From the human T2T-CHM13v2.0 reference genome, Homo sapiens: a DNA stretch of 64,000 bases. Under the pieces are notes generated by a model. That model saw only the letters and a program-made list of their open reading frames with translations. It was not told where the DNA came from and made no database searches. Below are positions 40,544 to 55,249 of the stretch, in pieces (the stretch's first letter is position 1; each line of letters starts with the position of its first letter). The DNA lies in the NCBI RefSeq assembly GCF_009914755.1, contig NC_060925.1, one strand, 5' to 3'. The position numbers were made by a program, and so were the translations under genes.

Positions 40544-42757
40544 AGAATGAAAAAATAATGCTATTCAAGACTCCTCTTGGGACTTACTCTTCCAAAAAAT
40601 GTAGTGACATGTCAATAACATAAGTTTGGAAACTAAAACAAATACAGATGCTCAATTCATAGATTTGTGACTTTAAAACAGTCTTGATAATGTTAGTAAA
40701 TATCTTGGAGTCTCTCTCCACCTATTAGAAGGGGATAGATAAGTTATAACAAAAAGTAAAAGAGCTAAATTATATGAAAAGTCTTCTATATGTCTTAACT
40801 AATGTTAGTTTTCTTTCTCATAAATTTCTCTTCACATCACCATTAATAAAAACATGTACATCTCTGATATGGGAACAAAATAAAATGATTAACTCCTAAC
40901 TGTTAGAGGCCACTGTGTCTATCTATTTATCTCACCAAATACCAAGTTTATTAATGATTAAAAGATAAAGGCAAAAGTTAGGCACAGATAGAGTATTACT
41001 TGTGGAAAAACTTGAATCTGTGAGGTACAGCTTCTAAATGTCCCCTTTCTTTAGCTCTACTCGTGTTTTTAATTAATAGGAAATTTTTGACTAATATGTG
41101 CAGAATTACTGTTCTTAAGGGAAACTGTTTCTTAAGGGAATCTGTCTCAGGTTGATTGCTCTATAGTTTTATATTCTTGGGTATGTAGGAAAAAATGCTG
41201 ATGTAATTAGCTTCCCCTTTGCCACCAGCCATTCTATTCTCTGTAAGTCCATAAATTCAAATTTTATTTATAATAATTAATTGAGGCACATCCATTATAA
41301 CTTGATAAAAATAAATTTTAATATTCTTTTAAAATCTGAAATAAAAAGAAAATTATTTCATCTAATCCTGATTAGATCTGTTGTTCAAATATTGACAAAT
41401 ATCATAATAATGTCTATAATAGCAAAATAATCCATTTCAGATATATGCTTCACATTTAATTGTCCTAAGTTTCCTTCAGTCTAAATAAGTATCTCAGACT
41501 TTGACACTTAAAAGGCATTTCTTAGATAGGGACTCCATTAAATCAATCAGTAAGTACCATCAGAACGTTTATTAGGAGGCTGGTAAGAGGTGTTCTTTCC
41601 ATGGGACATCCCCTTAGTAAGAGAGAAATGAGTCCCAGTTCTGTCCTTACTCTTTCCCCTCCCATTTACTTGATTTACTTGTTCTCCAGGAAAAGGCAAC
41701 ATGAACTCCTATAATAAAGATAACAAAGAATGATGAGTTATTTATTGAGTTACAATCTTCCTTTCTCATCTGATGCTCATGGTTGGTGTTCCTCTGGTTG
41801 CTGACAAAATTTTATGAAAAGTTTTATGTTTGTTTTCTCCCCTCATTGTAACTTATAAAACTATACTATAAGAGGGCAAAGGCCAGTCCTTGCAGTACCA
41901 TGCTATAGAAACATTAGTATTTTATTATTAGGCCAACTTTTTGAGAAAAATTTGGATTATCACGTGGCAAGTGGCTAAGAAGCATTTGGACCTGCAAGAG
42001 AGATTTTTCAAAGTCTCTTTGGTATATTTATTTCTATGCCTACATAGTATCTAGAATATACATATAAAGATTTTTTTTTTTACCAATTTTCATTTGTCTC
42101 CACCATCATTGTAGAAGTCTTCTTCATTCTCTTTATGTGGATAATCATTCTAGTGATGTGAGAGATAGTCTCTCCCTTTCTCTATGTCTAAACAAAGAAT
42201 TAAAAATTTTCATATTAAGTGGCCTTATACACAATTCTTAGAGGGTCTGATATGGTGGTGGATGAGTAATGAGGGGAAATTCCATTACTTTTATGATGGA
42301 AATGGTTCCATTCAGTGGTCCTTTTATTGAGAAGGAAAATTTTTCTATTTTGGTTTAAGGTTCAAAGAAACGAATAATTAAGAATTTTTTCCCTATTTTT
42401 TAAAATAAGCTTCTCTTTATTGTACTGTATTCCTTAACAGAACGGACAAATAGCAGAGTTCATTTAGAAAGAGAAAGATCTTGAAATACATAAATGTTCT
42501 GTTAATGTGATTATAACTTGTTTTTGTACCGTTGAAGGTACTTAATGCTTTTAGACAGGCATAGTAAGTTATTTTAATAAATACACTAATAAAAAAGAAG
42601 AGAGCTTTCAATTTGTATATCATGCCGAGCTGAAATCTGTATTTAAATGCATCTGGGGCTTTCTTTGCTAGCTGGCTAGCAATTAATCATGATTATAGTA
42701 TTTGATTGCCTATCATCTATAGGCTATTACAGAGAGACTGTTTTCTAAGTACCATAG

Positions 42758-43407
42758 TGTTCCCAAACAAAACTGAGGGTTGGGCTTCTATTTCTCATGG
42801 GCCAATAACGAGATACACATGAACTAAGGAGGAAGCGAGTGTGTATTTCTGCAACTGGTTACAGGGAAAGGGCCTGGAAATTATCACCATGCCAATTCAA
42901 AATTACAAAGTTTTCCAGAGGCAATATACCTTCTAAGCGATACGTCTACATGTAAGTGTGCATTCATCTAAAGACATAAGTGATTAACTTCTTTTAATCT
43001 ATAACTAAGGTCTGAGTCTTGAAGACCTTCCTCTGGAGCCTCTGTAAATTTACTTAATCTAAATGGGTCCAGGTGCTGGGTGATTAACCTTATCTTGTCT
43101 CCTGCTAAATCATGGAGGTTTGGGGAGTTCCTTCAGACCCCTAATAAACTTGTTTGTGGAAGCCTGGGGAGTTTCTTCAAACCTGCAATAAAACATGTTT
43201 AATTCTAAATTGGCCCTGTTAAGAATTTCTTCGTTATTTTGTCATGCTTTAAGGCCCAGGAAAGACCTAGGCAAAACCCTTGGTGGGCTTTTATTACATT
43301 CTAGCCTTTGAATAAGGGCAGTGACTTTTAATATTTAACTTAACCACTAAGTCAATACTGGAACAGTTGTTATGGAGGCCTGCATTAGTGAGACCTGGCC
43401 TGCTACA
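42758..43407 (-). mobile_element. PABL_A-like ERV1 solo LTR
   Basis: Reverse complement starts TGTAGCAGGCCAGGTCTCACTAATGCAGGCCTCCATAACAACTG; 650 bp; 4-bp TSD ATAG at 42754-42757 and 43408-43411. Confidence 0.85.
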
Positions 43408-45989
43408 ATAGGACCCACATTAATTGACATATAATTTGATTCTGATTTTCATCATAATGTAGACTAGACTTCTGGATACAAACACACACTCAAACACACA
43501 CACACAGAGAGAGAATGAGAGAGAAGGAGAGATGTATACTATAAAAATAAAGTTATTTCAGGAAAATATCAATAATTTAATGACCTAAAACAGAAAATTA
43601 AAAATCCCTCCATATAAGCACTGTTGTAAATCCATTTAAAACTAAAACATTATTTTAGTACTGTCCTAAAAGCAGTTACTGGTACCACTAAAAAATATTC
43701 AAAAGTGACTCAGAATATGAAGATGGCCCTTAGCCACATACATAGATTCATAATTGGAGTTTTACTCAAGACACACATAATATACATCCATTTTCAGCCT
43801 CATTTAACAATAGTGCTCTAGTATGTCTGAAGTCATATTCCTATGTCTCATAGCTATTAATTTTGCACACAATTTCCAATCTGTATAAAACCTGTATTCT
43901 ATTTCTAGTCTATTACAAATACATTGTTTAGAGAATTGGTATAAACCTAATGCTACTGACCTTAACATGATAATAGAACATTTTCACCACTAGGATTATT
44001 TTAATTCAACAGAGTATACAAGAAGAGAATCAATTTAAAAGAAAAAAATACACAAAATGATAATATTATAAGAAGACAGATAAAGAAATAAGGAGGGAAG
44101 GAAAGAAGAGAGGGAAACAAATAGGCAGAAAGAGAGAAAGGAAAAAAGGAATAGCTGCAGTAATTCAGTGAGAATACCAAGGCATAGAAATAAGCATATA
44201 TATTAAGACAATGTAATGCATGTTAAATACTAGGGTAAAAAGAATTTAATTATTAGGCCATTACATGGAAAACACAATTTACTCAAGAATATTTGGCAAC
44301 ATTCATTGAGTTAATATCAAGCAAATCAAAGATCCCAAGTCATTCAATTTTTGCATTTCCATCTGAAACTTCAGGTATGATGGAAATAAACCAAAGAGCT
44401 TCTAAGTAAAATCATTTTACACTCTTTTTTTTTTTTATCAAACGTTTTTATGTGTCTGTGTGTGCGTGTATGTGTATGTAAAAGTCAATATAAATTTGGG
44501 ACATTTTACTTTCCATGATTATTGTTAATAAGACTGACAATCACCACCCATTTGAAATGAAAGCCCTCATCATTGTATCCTCAAGAAGAATTCTGATAAT
44601 TTTTATGCCTGAGAAGGGATAGACTACTTAGCTGCTCACTCCTCCCTGGTGAATTTCATTAAAATAAAAAAAATAAAGTAAATATGTGTAATGGTTGGGA
44701 AAGAATATATATAGGAGGTAATATAGTTAACATCATTTAGGAGTATATGTTTTCAACATTCCATGAGTCCCCTGTGAAATTGCTGTAAATCCTAAACATA
44801 TGTTAATTCCAATCCTAAATCAGGAGACCTTCTCGAATAAGATTATGTATTATTTATAGCACTGTTACTCAAACACATAAAATGATTTTAAGATTATAGC
44901 ATGGTTTCTGATAAAACAACCAACCAAGCAAAATTCATAAAGATTTTTAAATAATTGGTTAGCTGGCATTTCATAAATATGAAATGTAAGATTAATTATG
45001 AGTTTTCATTTGAATTCCTATTCTATCAACTTAACAAATCTAGATTATGCTGCTAAACCAAGCAAATTCAGTAGCTTAAAACAACCTAAATTCATTTATT
45101 GCACAGTTGACATGACATTGTGAGTTGGCTGGGAACTCTACTCCATACTATTACCTCATACTTTATAATGAAGGGATCATTTTATAAAAATGTTTATTTT
45201 ATATGATATGATGTGAAGTCATTTAATGTCAGCTTGAGCTTATATTCAGGCAAATCCCAAATCTCAGACAATTGCTTATTCAAGTTACATTGTGTAGAAT
45301 TAAAAAAATAGTAACATACTGCTCTAATTTGGTGAAAATTAAAGTGAGAGTCAGGAAATAAGTCATGTCAGTAAATAAGACTACATAACCCATACAGTAG
45401 ATATTAATATTTATTTTGCAGACAAAAATTAAGTTGATTGTAAGTTAATTTGAAGTATTTCATCAAAGTTTTCTGAACATAATGATGAAAAAATATATAA
45501 TTTCAATGGAAAAAACATATAAAAGATATCTGAATGAATAAACTGATCTCATATTTTAAAAATAATGTTTTATATTATATTAAATGTTTTCATTGATAAT
45601 AAAATTTTATTAGTAAAATATTCAGTAATAAATTTTACTAGACATTAAAAACACAAGGATGAGTAAGATGTAGGCATATTTCTTTTCCTCAACAATTTTA
45701 ATTTTATAAGATAAAATAACTTAGAAAATCATTTGAGATTTTGACAAGTTTTATAAAGGATGCTGTCACTGATAAAGATGAGGGTGAAGAAGCTATTTTA
45801 AAGAGAATGACAAGGGGACCTCAGTATTGTAGTGACATTTAAGGCTGATACCTAGAAGATGAGACTAAGTCATTTGTTGAAAGAGACAAGAGTAAAGCAT
45901 AAGGGGAAAAACTCAGCTGGAGACATTGATGTGCTCTACAAACTATGAAAAAGCCAGAACTGACCATTGGTTTTAGATGCAACAGATGA

Positions 45990-46900
45990 AGCGCTTAAAA
46001 GAGTTCACTCTCATTCTTACAGAACAGAGGAAGCTGAACAAACGTCAAAACAAATGGCATTTCTTGGATCCACCTGAGAACTGAAGTTGCAGGGGAACTG
46101 CCATCTCAATGCGCAGAGAGAAAGGTATATCAAGAGAGATAAAATAACCACGATCTGCTTACACGGAGTAGTGCGCACTGGAGCCATAGAAGGGCACTTA
46201 AACAGCAATATTGATGAATTACTGCAGGCCGAACGTGGACTAGTATGGCAGTGAGAATCTGCTGAAGGTCCCAGGCCCAAGGGAGCCTTCACACTTCCAC
46301 ACCAGGATTTTTTGGTGAGGATTCAAAAGATCACTTGTGATTATGGCAGAAGAAGAGGAAGATAAATCTTTGTGAAATTCACTCAGAACCTTCTATATTA
46401 TTCCAGGTATAAGGACTTTGCCCAGTTCTGAAACCTTATTCCTGCCCGGAAAGGAAATTTCTTCTCCCTTCAGCTATCTCTTGCCTTCCCTTCTCACCTG
46501 AGTGAATGGTTTACGGGGCTCAGGGATTTAAGGAGGTAGACTGGCTGGAAAGGATGTAGCCAGGGAACTAAACGGGGGCAGAAGCAAGAAAGCTATGCAA
46601 TTGAATAAACACATCAAAGTCACAATCCCAAGATAGAACCCACAAAAAACGAGATTTAATCAGAAGATTACAGAACATTCCTCTTTTCTGACACCTTATC
46701 ACCACGCCAAGAGGGCTCAGAATGATAACAGCAGATTACATCTGAAAGAGCTGTAAGGCACAAACTGTCTTTGAGGAAGAGGTACATAAGAAGACCATAG
46801 TCCCGGAAAAAAACAAACAAACAACAACAAAAAAAAGTTAAAGAGCCCTGGAAAACTTGGAAGCTTCTGGCACCTACAGGAGAGTTTACAATTTTAGCTG
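45990..46900 (+). mobile_element. Old L1M 5' region (L1MD/L1M4-like)
   Basis: ttcttggatccacctgagaactgaagttgcaggggaactgcc resembles ancient L1 5'UTRs. Confidence 0.45.
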
Positions 46901-48339
46901 CTGAATGAAGAGACTGTTTCAATAAGGAAGATGTGAACTTTTTTTAAAGGTGATAATGAGTTGAGTGAGATAACCTAATATGTCCAGTGAATGCGAAAAA
47001 TGGACATGATAGGTTACCTTGACCAAAGTACAGTAATTTCACTGATATGGTGAAGATTGGAAATGAATTGACAAACACTTGCCTACTTTATGGTAAAACC
47101 ATTCAACACCCTAAGATAGCCTGACATTTTACAAGGTGTTAAGTTGAATCATGTATATAGAATGATATAAGAAATCCAAAAATAGCAAATAAAAACTGAT
47201 TTCTGTGGTAACAAGAAGCAGCTAGTCTTTTAATATTAAAACACTTAATAACAAATGGTTTTTCTAATTTTCCTTTATACAATAAATAAAATGAAGAACT
47301 ATACATAGAAAAATATATATATAATATAAAAAATAAAATACTATAACTTAAAGATGAAACTTGAAGTTATAATATTGATAAAAGTATGTGATCATAATCA
47401 GCAATTTTGAGAGGATACACTAAATAATAACAATTCAGTTTTTTTATTTAAATACTTGATAAATATAAAAATGTTATTTTATCTTTTTTTCTTCTACTTT
47501 TTCAAAATATTGACTGTGCATGAATGGAAAGCTCTATATGCATGTATAGAATCAGATAAGTTTTATTTACTGAACACTGAGGCTGCTGAGAATTTTCCTG
47601 ATTATGCCAAGATGAAGAACATTCTTTAGTTAAACAATAGACAACTAAAAGTATAAGCTTATCCATTTTAGCTACACAATTTTCAATACATTTTCATTTT
47701 TACAACCATAAACACGTCCTCTTCACTACCTATATAACACTTGAGAAAAGAAAATTGATATTTATTTTGAAGAATTTTACATATAAATTTTGCGGTGAAA
47801 TATATGTCATAACTATCAATCAAATCAAAACAAAATCAGAATTCATCTAATTGTCTACTGTCATATAGATATGACCTCAGTTGCTGATGATATCGTTTAA
47901 ATTTGACTTGACATATCATGTTTACAACAGACACATATTAAAAACAATTCACTTATTTTATTAGTCTATATATGTGTGTGTACATGCATGGTCATACATG
48001 TGTTTGTAGGTTATGCAATTTAGGTAGCAAGATCATCACAAATAATTTGGATAATTCCAATATTATTTAGTGAATCTATGTCTTTATATGACTATTAGGG
48101 GAAAAATGTGTCTTTATTGTGGTCATGCTAATATTTCTTGCTATTACTCTATATAACACTGAGGTATAGAAATATGACTATAGAATATATAAAAACAGGT
48201 TTTCAATATATACATATATAGGTTTGGTAGGTCTATAAATATGCAGAAGTGGGAGGATATTGTAAAACATTGATTTATCATCCATTTAGAAAGTCATCTT
48301 TTAATTTACTCATATGTTTTGTCAGGTATAGTAAAGAAA

Positions 48340-48788
48340 GGTTTAATTGTTGGAGCTTTATTTCTGAAACAGATATGCCACAAAAGGTAGTAGTTCAAAC
48401 ACATAGAAGTTTGTCTCACTCTTAAGACAGTCCAAATGGGTGCTTATGTTAATGAACATGTCCTTTCCACACAGTGATTCAAATACCCAGGTTTCTTCCA
48501 TTTTTGTATCATCACCATACCTAGGAGCCCAGAAACCTCTTAAAACATGTAGGAAAGAGAATGAAGAAGATGGAATTTTAAAAAAACATAACCTCTTGGC
48601 CTGGAAGAAATACATATAATGTCTGCTTCCATTCTGCTGGTAATAACAAGTAACATGGCCACACCAATTATAAGAGGATAGAGAGTTCAGCATAGGGGAA
48701 ACTGATTTAGCTGAGAAGTTACTTACCAGACAGCTCTATACATTTCGGAAGGGATAATAGATTTTGAGCAAAAGCAGTCTTTGCCACA
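48340..48788 (-). mobile_element. MLT1I/J-like LTR
   Basis: cagtgattcaaatacccagg...ccattctgctgg..aacaagtaacatggccacacc...gtctttgccaca. Confidence 0.6.
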
Positions 48789-48927
48789 GTCTAACCTCTG
48801 GTCAGCAGAAACCATATTTTTCACTTTATGCGGAGATCATATACACCTACCACTTTTTCAGGAGAGTTGGCCTAAAGTAAAATCTTTTTTATGTCTCAAC
48901 ATTCATTATCTCTGAATTATATATATA

Positions 48928-50160
48928 AAATCATGTCTCACTTAATGACAGAGATACATTCTAAGAAATGCATTGTTAAGTGATTTTATCATCATATGAC
49001 ATCATAGAGTATACTTACACAAACCTAGATTGTATAGGCTACTACACATCTAAGCTGTATGGTATAACTGATTGCTCCTAGGCTAGGAGCTGGTATAACA
49101 TGTTACTGTACTGAATACTGTAGGCAATTGTGACACAATACTAAATATTTGTGTATGTAAACATATCTAAACATACAAAAGTGACAGGAAAATATATTAT
49201 AAAATATTTTTTAATAATATACCTGTAGAGGGCATATATCATGAATGGAGCTTGAAAGACTGGAAGTTGCTCTGAGTGAGCCAGTGAGTGAGTGATGAGC
49301 GAATGTGAAGGCCTCAGACATTACTGTCCACTACTGTAGACTATATAAACACTGTATACTTAGGGTACACTAAATTTGTCAAACACGTTTTTCTTCAATA
49401 ATAAATTGATCTTAGCTTCCTATACCTTTTTTATTCATAAATGTTTAAATTCTTCGACTCTTTTGCAATAACATTAGCTTAAAACACACACACATTGTAC
49501 AGTCGTACAAAATATTTTCTTTTTTTATATTCTTATAAGCTGTTTCTGTGTTTAATTTTTTATTTTTATTTTGTAAACTTTTTTGTTTAAAACTAAAATA
49601 CAAACACACATATTAGTCTAGGCCTACACAGGATCAGGATCATCAATGTTATTGCCTTATGCGTCTACATCTTGTCCGACTGAAAGGCCATCAGGGACAG
49701 TAACACATATGGAGCTGTCATCTCCTGTAACAATGCCGTCTTCTGGAATACTACCGTAGAACCTGTCTGAGGCTGTTTTACAGCTTTTAACTTTTTTATA
49801 AATATAAGTAGAAGGAGAAATAGTATACTCCAAAATAATCATATAAATAGTGTAGTAAATAAATAAATACATAGTATAGTATATACATGAACAGAATAAT
49901 AATAATGGTTTATTTTTTGTCAAGTATTATGTACTGTACATAATTGTATGTGCTATAATTTTAGACTACTGGCAGTGCAGTAGGTTTGTTTCCAATAGCA
50001 TCACCACAAACACATTAGCAATGCTTTGTGCTATGACATTATGTTGGCTATGACATCAATAGATGATAGAAATGTTTTAGCTCCATTAATAATCTTATAT
50101 GCCCAGAATTGTATATGCCATTCATTATTAAATGAAATGTTGTTATGTGGTGCATAGCTA
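48928..50160 (-). mobile_element. Tigger3b (Golem/MER7) non-autonomous DNA transposon
   Basis: ~1.23 kb; decayed TIRs (aaatcatgtctcacttaatgac / gttgttatgtggtgcatagcta) flanked by TA. Confidence 0.85.
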
Positions 50161-51075
50161 TACTTGTGTCTCTCTATCAGGTATAGATTTGTTTCTCTAT
50201 GTTTTGCTAGTCTGTAAACCAAAAGACAAGCAAACTGCCCTACCTTTATCCAAGCCATTATTTTTCAGAATAGTGACTCAAAAAAAAACACAATTAGCAC
50301 CCAGACTAAATGACAGAAGAATAAAGGCACACAGTAATAATTAGTTGACGGCAAAGACGCAAACCTACTGGGCAGGAAAAATGAAGACACTAACTTGGCA
50401 GAGAAGCAAGTTTTCTATTAGCTCTCAAACTGCCCTTTAAGAGGAATCCATTACCAGTCTCTAGGAAAGATACCATTTTGGGGAGCTGTGAAGCTTTTTC
50501 AATCATTTTCCAATGATCCAATTATGAAGAGCAAAAAGTATTTGAAAACTTTGAGAGTCAAAATCTTTCTAATGACTAACTCCTGGAATGGCAGAATGAG
50601 AACTTTGATAAACTTGGTGTTCCATGAAAACAACAACAACAAACAAAAAAAAAAAAAAAAAAGGAAAAACAGCTAAAATTAAACTGGAAATTAAACAAAA
50701 CTACAAAACAATTGAAAACTATCTTTTAACAAGAAACTACTAAACCTCGGTAAGACAGCTGTTGGTGGTGTTTTAAATTGGGCCTATTCTTGTCTTGCAT
50801 CCCTCTTCAGCTTCCTGGCATGGTAACTGTGAAAAGCTCACAGCTGTGCGAGGGTATTACAGCTATTTTTTACTCAGAGTTCAGCTCAAGAAAAAAATCC
50901 CCATCCCTAAGATATTACCAATGTCTATAGATATATGCTGACAATATTGCAGCTGTCTAAGTCTATGATTTAAGATGAGGCCCACAAGATCCTGGAGAAA
51001 AATTAAAATAAATATGTAGAAAATTAGATGGTGATAGAAAATTTTGAAACTCTTCAATATGTTCCTGAAGATCTA

Positions 51076-51450
<375 letters not shown>

Positions 51451-52206
51451 TTAGAAGGAAACAGTTGTGCACTCCTTGCTTTCCTTGAGATCCTGAAAAG
51501 CAAGAAGACAAAAATAAGAGTGTCTTGTAAACAATCTGAAGGTTGAAGGTGTGCCTTCACACATTAATCTACTTGTCCATGAAAGAAGACACACAGGTAC
51601 GGTATGTAAGAAAATATTCTGCATGAACGTAGGCTAACCACCAAATTGTCAGGACCTAGAGATTAATCTAAATAAGCCAAAATTAAAAATGAAAATAAGA
51701 AGAAGAAAAAGAAAAAGCTATCTGTGAAGTCAATGACTAAGGACTACAAGAAATACAGAATCTAAAGAATCCAGGAAGGTCAAAAACAAATAAATAGAAA
51801 GGAGAAAAACAACAGCAACAAAAAAAAAATTTAGCAAAACCACAGAACCTCTCTGCAAGCCAGAGGAATCTGATTCCAGAGTTGTTAAAATAAATTCTCT
51901 AAAGTTCATTTTTCAACCAAAAATATTACGAGAAATGCAAAATAATAGAATATATATAACAAGTTGAGAAAAAAATCAGCCAACACAAAATGTCCCTAAG
52001 TAGGAATAGATATTAGACTTAAAAGGCAACAAATTGTAAATCAGATTTACAAACATATTTAAATAACTAAAAGAAACTATAGATAAACAAATTAAAGGAG
52101 GAATGACAATTATGTCTCACCAAATAAATACCAATAAACAAACCAAATGAAAGTTCATTCAGAGGTCAACAGGTAAAGTAACTACATATTTTCAAAAATT
52201 ACTAGA

Positions 52207-52567
<361 letters not shown>

Positions 52568-55032
52568 TTAAGATAGGTCAATAGAGATTATCTATTTTAA
52601 TTATTAGAATGAAAAATAAAAGAAGTAAAATAAAAAGAGCCTCAGTGAATCTATTAAACCATCAAGGATACCAACAAAGGGAGTTTAGAGAATGAGAGAG
52701 GGAAGAGAAGAGGGCAGAAAATGATTTAATGAATGAAAAATATTTTTCTATTTTTCCAAGATGTTGAGTAACCCAGGAAGAAAAAATATAGTGCAAAAAG
52801 ATCCACACTTAGGCGACATAACAGTCAAGCAGACAAAAGTCAAAGACAAAGAAAAATTGAAAGCAGCAAGACAAAAAGTTTTGTCCCATAGATGGAATTC
52901 TCAGTAAGATTAACATTTGACTTCTCTTCAGAAATCATGGAAACCAAGAGACAGGAAAATGAGATCTTGAATTGTTGAAACATATTTGCAACCTGGAATT
53001 AAAAATTCAGCAAAACACTTCTTTAAATAAATGATAAAAAAGTAAGGCATTCGAAGATAAATAAAAACTCATGGAATTTTTTGCTAGTAGACCATCCCTA
53101 TAAAAAATACTAAGAGAGTCCTTCAGGCTAAAATTAAAGAGAACTAGACAAAGACACAAATTTACATTTAAAAAACGAATACCTAAATAAAGATAACTTC
53201 ACAGAGAAATGTAGAAAACAGTATAAAAGTATGTTTGTAACACTTTTCTTCTATTTTATTTATAAGAAAACTGCATACAGCAATAATTGCTTATCTCTGT
53301 TGATTGCTTTATATTGTGTAAATATGAATAAGTGGGGTGTATTCCAGAAATACAAGACTAGTGCAATATTTAAAAATCAATCATTGTAATATAACACATT
53401 AATAAAATAAAAATAAGATCACCTCAATAGACACAGCAAAAAATTTAACAAAATCAAATACACTTTCATGATTTAAAAATACCCTCAAGCAAATGTGAAT
53501 AGAAGATAACTTTAAAAATCTGTATACAGCATCTATGAAAAGCTCACAGCTGAAATCATAATTAGTGAAAGAAAAGCTTAATGCTCTTATATTTTGATAA
53601 GATATGAGACAAGAATGTTCATTCCTGCTGCTTATATTGAATATTTTAATGGCAGTTCTAGGTAGTAAAGCTAGGTTAGAAAGGAAAAGTCATCCAGTTT
53701 GTAAAGGAAGAAATAAAATTATTTCTCTTTGCAGTTGTCATGATTTTGTTGGTAGAAAAATCTCAAAGAAAATAGTAAAATACTGACAACTAAGAAATGA
53801 GTCATACAAGATACAAAATCAATATAAAAATAAAATTTATTTCTATACATAAGCAATGAATAGTTTTAAAATGAAATTAACAAAATAACTTATTTGTAAT
53901 AAGAGCAAAAACAATAAAATGCTTAGGAATGCATTTTAAAGAAGAAATGTAAGATGTGCACACTGTAAACTACAAAAAATTTGCCAGAAGTAGGAGAAAT
54001 AATTGAGTAAAAAGATCTCAGTCAATGAATTGAAAGTCTAGTTATTGTTAGGTTAGCAATAATTTTCAAATTGATCTACAGATTATACATAATCTATGTC
54101 AAAATCTCTACTGCATTTTTGCAGAAATTAACAGCTGATACAAAATTATTTATGAAAATTCAAATTGCCAGAATAGTCAAAACAATCTTCCACCAAGAAT
54201 AAAAAAGGTAGATCAATGGAATAAAATGACAGTCAAAAATCAAATCCTTAGATTTATTATCTATTGGTTTTCAACAAGGGTGTCAAGATAATTTAATAAG
54301 AAAATAATATTTTCAAAAAATGATGCTGCATCAACTAGATATACACATGCAAAGAATAAATTTGAACTCCCTGACTCACACGATGTACAAAATTAACTCA
54401 GACTGAATCATTCACCTAAATATAAGATCTGAGACTATAAAACTGTTTTAGAAACCCAGGAGTTCATCTTCCCTGCTTTATGCTCACTACCTTATCTTTC
54501 TTAGATATAAAGCCAAAAGTCCAAGTAACAAAGAGATATAAAAATAAGTGAGAATATTAATACTGAGTGTCAACTTGATTGGACTGAAGGAAAAAAAATT
54601 ATTGATCCTGGGTGTGTCTGTGAGGGTGTTGCCAAAAGAGACTAATATTTGGGTTACTGGGCTGGGGAAGGCAGATCCAGTCTTAATCATGTAGGCACAA
54701 TCTAACCAGTGCCAGTGAATATAAAGCAGACAGAAAAACATGAAAAGGAAATACTGGCCTAGCCTCCCAGCCTATATCTTTCTCCTGTGCTGGATGCTTC
54801 CCACCCTCGAATATCAGACTCCAAATTCTTCAGTTTTGAGAATTGGACTGGCTCTCCCTGCTCCTCAGCTTGCAGACAGCTTGTTGTGGGACCTTGCAAT
54901 CATGTAAGTTAATACTTAATAAACTCCCCTTTATATATATATATCTATATGTACATATAGATATATATATGTACACACACACACACACACACACATAGTT
55001 CTGTTCCACTAAGGTAATCCTGACTGGATAAC

Positions 55033-55134
55033 TTATATATATATATATATTATATATATATTATATATATATATAATATATATATATATATTATATATAT
55101 ATATTATATATATATATAATATATATATATATAA
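55033..55134. repeat. ~100-bp pure (TA)n array in the 5' LTR
   Basis: Only A/T, with phase shifts recurring at a 41-43 bp period. Confidence 0.95.
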
Positions 55135-55249
55135 GCTCTGTCCCACTAAGATAATACTGACTAATACAGATTTTGGTACTGGTACAGATAGTGGTTCTAG
55201 AGGAACAGAATATTACAGAATATTAAGGATGGAGTTTTTTTCATTGGTT

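Noticed and set aside
42758-43407. Location at a pseudoautosomal boundary
   Set aside because: PABL is a dispersed ERV1 LTR family, so the name gives no positional information.
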